A stretch of 61,882 nt of DNA, filler included, from Choristocarpus tenellus KU-1152 (GCA_964200185.2; 11 parts of 11 records of this genome joined end to end with filler, not necessarily neighbours in it), one strand, 5' to 3'; positions 13,301 to 28,647 are shown, counted from the whole stretch's first letter. Notes: a model not told the origin generated them from the sequence alone. Made by a program: numbers and translations.

Positions 13301-13779
13301 TTATCCCCACAATCCCCAGGTTCCCCCACAGCGCCGCCTGCAGTAGGTCTACATGACTCAGGTGCTGAAAGGGAATAGTCCTGGGATAGGTAGAAGGTCT
13401 CATTACATTCTTGAGCATAGTAAATCAGCTCACGTCAAGGTGTATTACCGTGGGGCCCTAAATTGGTTGATGTATCGTCCAGATTCTCATAATTACCTGC
13501 ATCTACTTTCTTTCAAGGTTTCAACCAGAACCATTTGATCTTTACTGTAACGTCAAAATTGACCTGGAATGCCAAAGTTAATTTCGTAATTATTGTAAGG
13601 TTCTAGGTGTATTGTTATAGAGCCTGACAAGTGTACCTGAGACTTCCTGGCAACCCCCCCACCTTATTTTTTCCGTGTCTGACTTGTCCGGTATGGTGGT
13701 GTCATTGATACCAACATGATCCTTCCTTGAAATTATCCTTCTTCAAACAAAGCAAAGTTTTTTCTCTCCATGTACTTCT

Positions 13780-13955
13780 GACCCAAAGTATCTGGGGGGG
13801 TGGCGGCTGTCCATTTGGGGCCAATTTTTCCATGTCGCAACTTTCGGGTGATTTGGTTCCATACGCTGGATGGATAATGAAAGTGCACTTTTTGTGGTTT
13901 TGTCCTAAATGGACACCCTGGTGTAAACTCCCCCCCCCCCCAGATACTTTGGGTC
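13780..13955 (+). mobile_element. MITE family B (~176 bp), complete
   Basis: TIRs GACCCAAAGTATCTGGGGGGG / CCCCCCCAGATACTTTGGGTC; flanked by tct/tct (3-bp TSD candidate). Confidence 0.9.
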
Positions 13956-14975
13956 TCTTACATCATTATTAGCGTTGGGGCGGCACATGAATATCTCAAC
14001 AATGATAAATTACTCTTCACTCAGTACATGCAGCCGTTCTTCTCATATAGCTCTAACACCATCTCATAATCAAGTGCCACCACAAAAATGAAATTGTGCA
14101 CGGAAATCAAAACGCCTTTATACATTCAGACCTCCACAGACTGGTTACACATGGTGCTCTTGCAGAAGGGTCCAAAGAGTCATGGTTGAGGGTCATTCTT
14201 CCCATGGTTTGACTCTTACAATGTGCTTGAGGTTTGGGAGTAGGAAACCGTCCCAAATCCACAAACATATTCTGACATGGTGCAGATGTGTAAAGAAAGG
14301 GGGGGCCACTGTTATTATTTTTTCCCCTTCGTGAGGCATTTATGTGAAGGGACACCACCCTAAGACCCCTCTCTAGTTTTCCTCTAATTACATCACTACT
14401 CGCTGTCTGTGTAGTAGTGACAGCAAATGAAAACAATAAATATGTGTAAGTAGTGTTTGTGCGTAAAAAGGCAGCTGCGTATTTCAAAGTAAAGTATTTC
14501 AAAGTGCAGCACTTCATTTTTCTTCTTCTGTTCTATGTGAAGACAAGATGTATGAAGGTGAGTGATACAGGACTTGCAGGAGACCTGTCACCTATCGATT
14601 TTTTCATTGACAGTATAAGTTGATCAAACCATTGAGACCAGCACTGGTTCGCAACCAGTTCCAAATAATGTTCTTCACAGGATAGTTATGCTTGGGGCTA
14701 CATGGACACTGTCCCTGGCAATGATTCAATCTTGACAACATTCACTGATACTGAAGCAAACAGAATACTTATAATAAAATCAATTATATGAGCTGGCAAA
14801 CAACCACAGACATGACAACTATAGTTTCTAAACGATTGCCAATGTGTGAGTGTTGGGGGGGGGGGGGGGGGNNNNNNNNNNNNNNNNNNNNNNNNNNNNN
14901 NNNNNNNNNNNNNNNTTAATTAATTAANNNNNNNNNNNNNNNNNNNNNNNNNNNNNNNNNNNNNNNNNNNNCTGT

Positions 14976-16530
14976 TTAACGATGTCCTACACCTTCTACA
15001 AAAAAAAAAAACCCAATGCTCCAGTGATGAAGGATGTGTGTGACGTTATTAACGAACCTGTTAACGAGGAAGTGGAGGGCCCTCATGGGGATGTCCGAGG
15101 CAGCACCTTCGTATTCGACGCCCATCATGGATTGGAGTACCGGAGGAGATGCATCACGCCCGTAGCCAAAGATGTCGTCGACGGTGACTTGCTTATTGCA
15201 TGTGAACATTGTCCAATCGTTGTGCGCGAGAAGAATCATATCCTGACAACATCTGAGATGGTTATCTGTGACCAATTGAGGGCGCCCCCCCCTCCTCGTC
15301 TTGTATATTAGGGTTAGGAGATGATCCTCCACAATTAAGCCCATCTTTGACGCAGTAAGAGCCTCTGAATGAAGAGAAGGCGGGAGTGAGCGCGTGGGTT
15401 CAGCATGCGTCAAACTTGACAGTGACATTACACAAGTAGTTATCGTAGGGATTCATGAAATCTCATACCACTAACATTATAATAGTACTATGAGTGTGGA
15501 ACGCAAGGCAAATAACCAATGCAAAAATTGCAAACAATAGGAGATGAAGTAATAATAGAAGTAAATATCGCAAAAAAATGTAGTGAAGACGATTAATGCC
15601 AAAAATGGACAATGAACAAAGAAGTACGTAGTTGCCGGGGGGAAAGGGCAAGCGATACAAAAGGAAGTGGAAGGTACGAAGGACATGAAACAACATGGGG
15701 AATGTTGAAAATATAGAAATACACACGACCTAATCCGTATCTCCTGAACGGTCGCACAATATTCGATCGGCACACGGACGGAATGATAACAGTCATGGTG
15801 GATTTCAATAGTCTCCCGCAATACACCCCGTATTTCAGCGCTGGCGAACTCTGCAACTCACCTACTAGGCGGTGTAAATGCACCTTCCACGGGTGGGGTA
15901 CAGTGAGCGCGATGGTGCCCTGAGGATGCATCTTAGGCCGCAAGCACTGAAGCATATCGCGCAGGTGTATGTTGGTCGCCTATTCGTCGATGAGGAGTCT
16001 TGGCTCGGCGGCAATGGACACTATGGCGAGCCTTGGCGCGTTGCGGAATGCGAAATCACCAAGTTTGTCTAAGGATACCGTGGGGTTGAGAGGGAGAAGG
16101 TCGTGTAGTGCAGTGTTCTCACTCCTGCTTGGACATCATGACAAACGACACAGTAGACAGACAGCACGACAAGAAGGATGGCATAGTAAGCTACGGTGCA
16201 GGTAATCTTTTCATTAAGTGAGTGACAATATTTCCACGGCATCTCCAAATATGGGCCGTTTCGGCGTTCAGTTGATCCACATTACCCAAACTTTCTCTCT
16301 GGATGCAAACACTCGGGGCAAACTGTTCCAGCCAGCCTTTCTCTTTTATTGAGTTAGCCACGCGCGCAAGGCCACGCTCGCTCAAAGGACGCACCGTGCA
16401 TGTGACGTTTGTGGGTTTCATCTTAAACGACCCCAGATAATGTTCATCCAATAGCCGGGACATGCCAGTAGGGGGTAGGTCCTGGCTTCTGGATTTCAAA
16501 CTTTTTCCATCGGCGGGCGGTTGGGTTGTT
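14976..16530 (-). pseudogene. Spliced gene or pseudogene: ParB/Srx-like N-terminal domain plus degenerate beta-class (N6_N4) DNA methyltransferase-like domain
   Basis: Segment ~16530-16230 encodes VRPLSERGLARVANSIKEKGWLEQFAPSV (ParB-like). Exon 16124-15862 (cag|...G|gtgagt) joins in phase to the exon starting at 15364 (cag|AG), giving ...HLRDMLQCLRPKMHPQGTIAL...VEALTASKMGLIVEDHLLTLIYK...CCQDMILLAH...DIPMRALHFLVNRFVNNVTHILHHW. In-frame TAG at 15980-15982. Confidence 0.55.
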
Positions 16531-17280
16531 GTTCTTTAAATGTTTGACAAGGCAAAGATTGGGAGGGTGTGATGGGGATGGGTAAGTAAGATATCTGCTT
16601 GGTATCTATGGAACGGAAAGAATGGAAATGAGGACTGAGGGATGGTAGGTGCTGTTTTATGTCGTCTGACCTTTCGATCCTCCAAACTCAGATTGCACAT
16701 TTTTTTAATGAGAATTGCGTTACAAAAATACGAATATCAAACAGCATAGGATTTCATATTGAACTGGGACAGAGGGTGTCTGTATTTTCGTGACCTTTTC
16801 GGCCTACTATCACGTTTTGAACGTATGAGATCAATGAAGGATGTGGTTTGTATCTGTATTTGTTGGTGTAAAGATTAGAATACCATTCTACTTTTGGAAA
16901 AACCCTACCGCACATGTTCTGAGTGTTCAATGGTATTACTGCTAACCAGCAAGCAGGAATACGATAGATCCACTTTTTCATGTTATCTAGTGTTTATTTA
17001 AACCCTAAAGACGCCAAGAAGTGGGTTTAAGGTTTATTTAAATAGTGGATACCAGTTAGAATGACTTCTTAGGTTTTCTGAAATTGGAAACGTGTGAGAC
17101 CCCTGAAGTTCGTTCTTGGTATTTAAAAAAACCCTAAGAACGGTTGTCAGTGGGTTTAGTATTTTAAAAAACCCTAACGCACGTGTAAAGTGACTCATAG
17201 GGAATAAGTGCTAAGTGGTTAATACGTCTACGTAAAGTGACTCTTATTATCGACTTGCTCGTTTATGACAATCGCTATGT

Positions 17281-17826
17281 GATTCAAAGTATCTTAGAGG
17301 TTAGGGTCGAGTCTGAGTGAAAGTATCTTAGAGGGTACGCGTTTTGCCCTGTTTCTCCATTATTTGAGGCTTGGCTTCCCGTGGGGTTTTTTGTGACACT
17401 TTCCTACTCCAAAGTGTTTTGGAGTAGTAGGTAAAATGTAAATGTTATGAAAAACTGTGTCCAGAACATGGACATAGATACTTTCTAACAAACAAGATGA
17501 CCAAAATTATGTCCAAAACACAATGTTGGATTTTGGCTCCCAAGCGACCACTACTCTACCCTCTAAGATACTTTGGCTCTCTGTTTGTTGTCTGTTTGGG
17601 GCAAATTCCAATGTTGCCATTTTGATTAAATTTTGTCTGTTGTGTATGTTAGGGAGTGTCAATATCCTTGTTCCATACACACCTTTCCACAACATAATAA
17701 ATATTTCACCTACTACTACTCTAAAATATCTTGGAGTAGGAAAATTTTATTTTAGAAGAACGTGTGAGGCCAAGCCCCAAACGGACAAACAGGGCAAAAA
17801 TCATACCCTCTAAGATACTTTTACTC
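17281..17826 (+). mobile_element. MITE family A, outer copy interrupted by a second copy
   Basis: Left TIR gattcaaagtatcttagagg at 17281; sequence resumes after 17579 and ends ccctctaagatactttttactc at 17826. Confidence 0.8.
17315..17579 (-). mobile_element. MITE family A, nested inverted copy
   Basis: TIRs gagtgaaagtatcttagagggt / accctctaagatactttggctc; flanked by tct/tct. Confidence 0.88.
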
Positions 17827-17935
17827 ATCATGTCTGATTCGGTAAGATTTTGTACTTCAAATACATAGATAGAGGGTTGGGGTTGTTTTTTGACTAACCC
17901 TGGTTACTGTAAATTGGAAACATACAAGATAAATT

Positions 17936-18332
17936 AAGTATGTGATTGATATCTTGAAAAATACAAATCACTACTGATGTAATAATATTTATTAGAAATG
18001 GAAATCACGGATATAATCTGATTTACAATTTCTGAAAAATGTAACGCACGGATTTTCGGGATCGGTGGGATCGGAAGGGTGGTCCCATCGATCGCCCAAG
18101 GATGAAACAAAGTTGATTTAGGAACATTGGATATGTACCATAACAACTAAGTATGTGTTTGGTATCTTACAAAAATACAAACGCTGATATAATTGGATTA
18201 AAAAAAAAATAGAAATCACGGATATAATCCGATTTACAACTCCTGAAAAATGTAACGCACGGATTTTCAGGATCGGTGGGATCGAAAGGGTGGTCCCACC
18301 GATCCTGAAAAAGACAAAACAAAGTTCAGACG
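17936..18332 (+). repeat. 213-bp tandem repeat (about 2 units, runs into contig end), each unit with a long inverted repeat
   Basis: Units start aagtatgtg at 17936 and 18149 and share gaaatcacggatataatc...ctgaaaaatgtaacgcacggattttc.ggatcggtgggatcg.aagggtggtccca.cgatc. Confidence 0.9.
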
Positions 18333-19421
18333 NNNNNNNNNNNNNNNNNNNNNNNNNNNNNNNNNNNNNNNNNNNNTTAATTAATTAANNNNNNNNNNNN
18401 NNNNNNNNNNNNNNNNNNNNNNNNNNNNNNNNATCACTGTCGCAAGAACCCCCCCCCCCTCAAATACAAATCACCCACCCAGCACTGCGCACATTGGCAC
18501 CTAACACTGCTAGGCAGAATCTTGCACACAGTCATATTTTTAGTCACACATCCTACACAACATACAATACAGAAGGGCATCCCCTCCTACTCCTGGAATG
18601 TCAAGACCAGGAAAATATTGAAAAACAAAATGCCCCCCTTCCACCCACAAGTGAAAACTTCGCTAAATAGTGAGGAAATGAGCACATACACTAACACACA
18701 CAAATATTCACACATGATATATACTAAAAAAACATTCTCAAGTCTCCTGAGAAAATCTAACACAAGATATATAGATAGATACGCAGTCTAGTCGCCCTGC
18801 TGGCTAGTCGAGGATGCAAAAACAGGATCTTAACACAACATCTATACCTTTAAAATATGCGTGAAGTAAAAGATATTGCCAGCAAAAGGGGATGCCTAAT
18901 TATTCGTCTTCTTACACCAGGCAGGCACGACGACTGAGGGGTCCTATTAATATATCAACTACTGTACTGGTAGTAAAAAACACAAGAAATTACAGGTTGG
19001 CTACAAGTTAAAAACTGTATGCCATTGGCACAGCAATCCAGAAATCAAATGAATCCACCACAGAGTAAAATTCGCAATACGCTGAATATCATCAAATTTC
19101 GCCATGCTGCAGCAGAAGTGGTACCATAAACTTACCAATCAACTTCCAAATCTGAATCTTCCATTCAATTTTCTCTATCATTTCACCTGCACCTATCTTT
19201 TCCTACATAGTCTCTTGACAAGAGAGAAAAAAGCGCGATAGTGAGTGAACAACCCCCTCCTTTCCTTAATTCCTACCCAACCCCCCCATTCCCTACAAGA
19301 GACACAAGATACAAAGCACAGATCCACAACATCTAACAAGAGTGGGTCAACCATTCCAAACTAAACACTGCATAGAACAGCGCTCCCCTGGATCTCTCCA
19401 ATCATCCCTACAAACATCTCC

Positions 19422-22400
19422 TTACTCTGTTGCACTTCCCAACAATATCTGAGCATCCTGATCATTCCCCACCCACCCCACCCCTGAAGGAACCCCTTCC
19501 CGAATAGCACGCCGTGTCGCCATCCGTGCTTCCACTGCCCATTGCTCCATTGGACTTCGGTTCACATGTACCTCGTCTGCTGCTACACCAACTCCCAGTG
19601 ACTCCCCACCCACCCTACCCTCCAAGGGCGACACAGGTGACGGGCTATGGACCTCCACTGAAACTCCTCCGGGACTTTCCACCCACGATTCCCCACTGCT
19701 ACCTTCAACCATGTCAACAACTAAACCACCCGCTCCAGTTCCACCACCTCTCAAAGTTATCATTGTACCTGAGTTGATAGCAGAATCTTCCCCCCCCCCC
19801 CTATTGTGAGCTTCACGTAAAAATCGTACCTGACTATTACCATCCCCTACTCTTTGCGACTTGGAACCATCCACACCTGTCTCCATGCCAACTCTTCCTC
19901 CCTCCCCAGCACCAAATCTCCCATCCGTGAGATCCAATGACATATCCCATGTTGATCTCGCTCTTGTCTCTGTGGCTAAAACCTGAACTCCTTTCACATC
20001 CTCATCTCCACCTGCTGCAACCGCTACTCCAACCTTGCCTAGCCTTTCTCCCATTGCAACCCCAGCAGACTGAGCCCTAGAACTTCGCTCTGAAGGTGTT
20101 GGTATTTGCAACTCCCCCCCTGACCTGCCAGGAGCTTTTGCCTCATCACCTCTTCCCTGCCACCTCCACATGGGTGCCCCTGTTGCCGCTGCAGCTGCTG
20201 CCTGCTCTGCCCTTGCCTCCTCCTCCGCAGCTGCCGCCTCTGCTGCCTCTGCTGCCTTGGCAGCAGCAACTGCTGCCGCTGTTGCACGCTCCGCTGCTCG
20301 CATGGCTGTGGCTGCTGCCACTCCTGCAGCATTTGCCCTTGCCCTCGCCTTCTCCACCGTCTGTACAGCACGATCATACGTGGGCAAATCCGAGTCCATG
20401 GACTTGGTCCTGCGGAACGGCAAAGACAATGCAACCTCTCGAGGGACTGGATGAATACGAGCTGACCCACGATTCAATGCTTCTGCTGCCTTCGGATCTG
20501 CCACCAATGCAGTAAAGCCTGCTGGGGATAATGAAGCCTCATAGGGCGGTGGAGGCTGGTCAGACCTCCGCCCCAAGCCCATGTCTGAAGGAACAGAATT
20601 TGTCCTGCGAAAACGCTGTTGTTCCTGCTCACCCCCCCCACTGTCCTCCCCATCTGAAAAACCTGTGGTCTTTCTTGGGGCTCTGAGGGGGGAACGTGAG
20701 GGCAACCGCGGTGAGGCTGTAGCAAGGGGAAGCGTCTGCCCACTACTGACTTTGGAGATCTGTTGGTCTCTGGTCACCTTCGTTCTCCGCCCCTGCCCCT
20801 GCAAAAAGAAAGATAAATTAATTCGGCAATTTGTCAGTCCAGTGGTGGTCGCACATCAGACAAATTATATTCAAGGTGTACCTGTCAACAACAAAGTATG
20901 CTCACACCAAAAAAAAAATGCTCAGCGAACTGCCAACCAGAAGAATAGGGTGAGAGGGGTTATTTCTCAAAGTTGGGTGACATGTCAAGAAAGGGGGTTA
21001 AGGTGGAGAGCTCCAAGGCCAATTCAAGTCATGATTCGGTAGTATATATTTGGTATGGTGGGCGCATGACAAAGTTGGGCCACACCCTCAACTGCAGGAA
21101 GGGGGGAGGGGTAGTTCCATGATTCATTGAGAAACATGTGCATGCACAAAAAGCAAGAGTCATGATTGTGCAAAGGACAATTTCCAAACAAGCCTTCCAC
21201 CATCCATCAATAGGGAACTAAAATTTAAAAAATCAAAGAAATCCACTATTGAAAAGTTCAGCAACAAAAAACTGACCAGGCCACTTCGATCATAGAAGTT
21301 CCGTCCAACAACTCTGTTTGAACTGTTACGTCCAAAGTCTCCAGGGCTTGAGCCCATAGATCGTTTGTACTCCACCATGTCCTGAACCGAAGCAGACCTC
21401 CTCAGGTTCTGGGGGGGGGTAGATGATGCTCCTCTCTGTTGTGAACTTGTCCCACCCATAACCCCCCGGCGATGGGAAGGGGTTCCCACTCCTCCAGATG
21501 ACGAGACTTCCTTGAGAGCACGGCGTACAATAAGTGGAAGGGGGGGTGGAGTGGCACTGAAAATATTCTTGTCGTTGCCTCTGAATGCATCCCCTGTATC
21601 AGGAGTGGGCATGGTATTGCCACGAATCCTTCTTGAGGGTGGAGAGGCCGTCACAAAGTGACCATGGGAATCTCCGTTCCTCACAACACCGCTGACCACA
21701 TGAGCCCCTGCTGAGGCAGGTCTCCTGTGTCCGATTGGCTGTTCTGCTTTGAACTCCTCTGTGATATTGAAACTCTTACGATTTTCTCTAGAGCGTCTGG
21801 CATTGCTTCCATTGGACTGCTTGTCTTCCATCTCACCACTACCCATTGGGGTTCCCTTGAGCACTGCAGTGGCAGCAGATGAGCCAGTACTTTCATTGGC
21901 CCTCCACATTCCCTGTTCCACATCTGCAATCACACCTGAGGGGGTTTGGCCATCAAGAGCGCTACCATCGATACCATCTCCCATCACATCCTGGTGAATG
22001 GCGTGCCTACGAGGGGGGCGCCGGTACCAGTACATACAACAGGCACAGGCAAGAGCCAACACCAAGACTCCGCCTGGGCAAAACAATATCAATACGGAAA
22101 AGCAGAAGCAAGATATGGAAAAAGTGAGTCACATTTGCGTGTTGCTTGGCATATCAAACATCATCTAGTCTCCAAAATCTGAAACAGAGGAGACTGAGAA
22201 GAGGATTTGCCTGCTGCTAAAATTTCCCACGATCTGCAGTACCTTACCAGGGATAGGGGCATGAAAAAATCGGAAGAAATACCAAAAGAGGGGGTTGATA
22301 TTTTGACACACACTTACGTCTCAGAACAAACAGGTGCTCCCTCCCTTCAGTACGGTGGAGGTAGTATCATCACGTTTGCTACACAACACAGACATACACA

Positions 22401-22610
22401 TGACAGAGTGTTCATGACTTCCAGGAGGGCTTGTCTTACACCATGGTCTCACAAAGGTTTTGTGCGATGAGCTCTGCCCCAATTCACCCCAAGCAACAAC
22501 AGGAAACATATAGTACAGGAGGCATTTATTTCCACCCACCAGCAGTTGCCGCCCCAATAACAATGACCATGTCAACTCCCCCTTTCGATTCGTTGTCCAC
22601 GTCCTCCTGA
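19422..22610 (-). CDS. Predicted single-pass membrane protein with a long low-complexity cytoplasmic tail (3' exons)
   Basis: Exons ~22610-22540, 22073-21277 and 20798-19422 join in phase. The hydrophobic stretch VIVIGAATAGGVLVLALACACCMYWY followed by RRPPRR is built across the first junction; Ala-rich helix and PPPPY/LPTY motifs lie in the tail. Confidence 0.75.
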
Positions 22611-23574
22611 GCAATGCTGGGGACGGGCAAGCACGACACAAGTAGCAATCGAAGAAATAACACCCATCCCTTGTGCATCACTGAGATGGGTGTCAGGATG
22701 CCAACATCGAGTTAGAAGTCAGGGTCTGGGGTTACCTCTACCTCAACTTTCGTGCACTATATATTTTATCAGATTTTAGCAAGATATACAAAAGTTATGG
22801 CCATGTACATGCCTACGACTGAGTTCGTTCTGTAGTAGCTAAAACAAGATTTCTCGTTCTTCCCTTCACGAAAGATGTTTCAAATCAGCCAACATGGCCT
22901 TGGCATGACGCTTGGAAAAAGGAAGATATATTTTCATTGAGAACATACTCCCAATTACACATGTACAAAATTCGAAGGTTAACACCAACCTGCCATCTCT
23001 GTCAATGTAGAACTGGATGTCTCATGAACCCTCTTCCCCCTCGCTTCACCGCACACTGCTACAGGGGTCTCAACCCCCATCTAAATTAATCACGCGACAA
23101 ATAGAAGCTAGTAGAAACTTAGGACAGTCTTTACCCTGCAAATGCCTCAGGGAATCAAGCGAAGATTGAGGGTACCCACCCCTCACACAATTGCTGATCC
23201 ACCACCAACCACACTCAGCCCATACTATACAATAAATTTGTAAGTACCATAAATATTTCATGTAAGGTGCGATGAGAGAGGATGGGAACGGATGAACATG
23301 GCATCTTTAATTTCTTCCATTTCCAGTAGACTCATTTCTCTACCACCACCAATGAATGCACTCGCTTTCACCTTATGGCCAATAATATGAAACTCTTTGT
23401 GATGTGACTTGTTCCAATTTAGAAATATTTAATCTACTCCATAATAATAATATCATAGATCTCTCTATATATTTACTAAAATTGAATAGGGTCAACTACA
23501 ATATTTATTTATATGTAGGATTTTAAAATGATATTTAGTTTTCCATATTATAGGGGACGTTGCAACAGTTCCGT

Positions 23575-24180
23575 ACTGGGACAAAGACCTTCTGGTTGAT
23601 GTTACATTTGTAAAAGTGCAGGCAACTTCCCACCTTACACAATCATCCACCAGCGATGGTGTAACTGCTGCTGCAGCTGAGGCGCACCCACTATAAGGAC
23701 TCTTTTGATCCTCGTAGTTATTATAACCTCAACACCTTCGTGGCGGAAAGTTTTGGGCACCTCGGTAAGCAAGCGGAATGCTTCCTGGATGAGCTGGCTA
23801 CACACATACATGGTGGGGGGGAGAGGAACTGCTGGAGGATATAACAGGAAAGGAGTGGTTAAATCCCGGCTACGCCAAATTGTCTCAGTAACTACACAAA
23901 TGGCACTGCCTAGACGTGTCATGCGTTTTAAGCTGGAGTCACCAGGGAGATGGGTACGGAAGGGTTTTTTGGATTCTTGGGATGCCTCCCTAGCTCCTCA
24001 CCCTGAGCCACAGGACTAGGTAGATTGAAGGTGCAGGAAGACAGTGGTACAACATAGTGAAATAACAAAGAGATCAATGTTTTTCACATTTGTGATATTT
24101 TATATATTTACATGTGAACAGTTTTCATTTGTTTCCCCCCTGATACATCTGGAAAATGTTAGTGGGTATAATAATTAAAA
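23575..24180 (+). mobile_element. 3' remnant of an RLE-type (CRE-like) non-LTR retrotransposon
   Basis: Frameshifted reading DLLVDVTF...DGVTAAAAEA...HYKDSFDPRS...VAESFGHLGKQAECFLDELA...KGVVKSRLRQIVSVTTQMAL.RRV fits a restriction-like endonuclease C-terminus, followed by a 3' UTR ending tttcccccctga...ataataatt. Confidence 0.75.
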
Positions 24181-25130
24181 ATGTGATGTACAACCACACT
24201 TCAAAATTAATTCTTTAGTATCCTTTATTATTATACCTTTTGACATTAGTATTGTATTATTTTTGTACTTGTCTATTCTTGTGCCCTCCATATTTTCTCT
24301 ACTACTTCGTATATGATTCTATGACACAGAAATCTCTTTGATGTCGTATTTTCTGTTTGCTCTTTATTCCCCCTCCATAATATCCCACTCATCTTCTATT
24401 TTATATACATATTGTCCTCTTAACAGCCGATTTCAAAAATTGAGGATGGAGCTTTTCATTGAGGATGGGCTTGACCCAAAATTGACTGGGATAAAGTGTC
24501 GCCTCAATTTTTGAAATCGGCTGTTTCTTACGTGAAACAGATGGAAACAGGCCTACAGGTTTTTCGTAATGAAGGGGAACAGGAAGACCCACAGAGGAGG
24601 CAAGGAAAAGTAGAGAGACAAGTCAACTGGGAGAGTAATCCCTCAGAAGATCACTCGGGAAAGGAGTGAATAAGTGATGAGTGAAAATGGGGGTTTGTAA
24701 GGCCCTCTCTAACCACCCGCTCTTACTTCAAGCAGATGTTACCTTCAACATGCAAGAACAAATATCATATGAATATGAGATTCTTCGAGATAGGTTAACT
24801 TCAGGGTATACCTTCTTTGGAAGATGACTCTCACACTTAACATCTTGTATATGTATCAACGGAAAAGCCAATTCAATATCATAAAAACCAATCAAAAAGT
24901 AACAGTTATAAATGTGGAAGATATCTCTCTAAAATCTACCTACAAATTGACTACCAGCTATAAATTATTTTATTATTATGCTCTCTGACATTTTGTAGTC
25001 GTGTCAAGGGAAATATGAACAAAAACTATTCACATGGCAGAATAAACCCTAAAAAAGTAACAGTTGGGTGGAAAGCATGTTTGTCTGTTGTTATACCATT
25101 ATCGTCGTATGCCATATACCGTTGTATTTT

Positions 25131-25392
25131 TTATTATTATTCCCTCTGACATTTTGCAGGTGGGTCAGGGGGGAAACCAATGAAAACTATACATATATCG
25201 TTATTAGCCCTAAAGAAATAAAATATCCTAAACATAAGAACATATAAAACATTGTAAGTGTGGAAACCACTAATCTATCAGTTACTTCACCACTATCAGA
25301 TAATTGTACTACTGTCTTCCTTTGCTTCCCATCTACCAACGCCTGTGCCCCAGGGGGGGGAGCTAGGGAGGCATCCCAAGAATCCAACAGAC
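25131..25392 (-). mobile_element. 3' UTR fragment of the same non-LTR family (second short tag at ~24970-25015)
   Basis: Reverse complement of ggattcttgggatgcctccctagctc...ggaagacagt.gtacaa and of the terminal stem-loop and TAA tail. Confidence 0.8.
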
Positions 25393-25748
25393 NNNNNNNN
25401 NNNNNNNNNNNNNNNNNNNNNNNNNNNNNNNNNNNNTTAATTAATTAANNNNNNNNNNNNNNNNNNNNNNNNNNNNNNNNNNNNNNNNNNNNATTGACCA
25501 TTTCCTTGTATCCTTTTTCGAGGTCCTCCCAATGCAATGGTAACAGTGGCAACTAGTTTTACCCCCCCCCCACCTGACTTATTTTGTACAACTTTTTGTT
25601 ATAAAAACTCACTCACCCAACCCAACCCAACCCAACCCACTCTAAACTGCCATCATAAGAAGTATGATTGACTTGTAGTTGATGATGTACTTACCATGTG
25701 TGTGTATGGTTTGCATACCTTGCCTGCATGTTTGCCAATTTTGAGTAG

Positions 25749-28647
<2,899 letters not shown>

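Noticed and set aside
17936-18332. Hammerhead ribozyme or CRISPR array in the tandem repeat
   Set aside because: No intact CUGAUGA...GAAA core with flanking stems in both units, and no short-repeat/unique-spacer structure.
20039-21042. Several overlapping Ala/Gln/Leu-rich ORFs
   Set aside because: Alternative-frame and antisense shadows of the real minus-strand exon 19422-20798.
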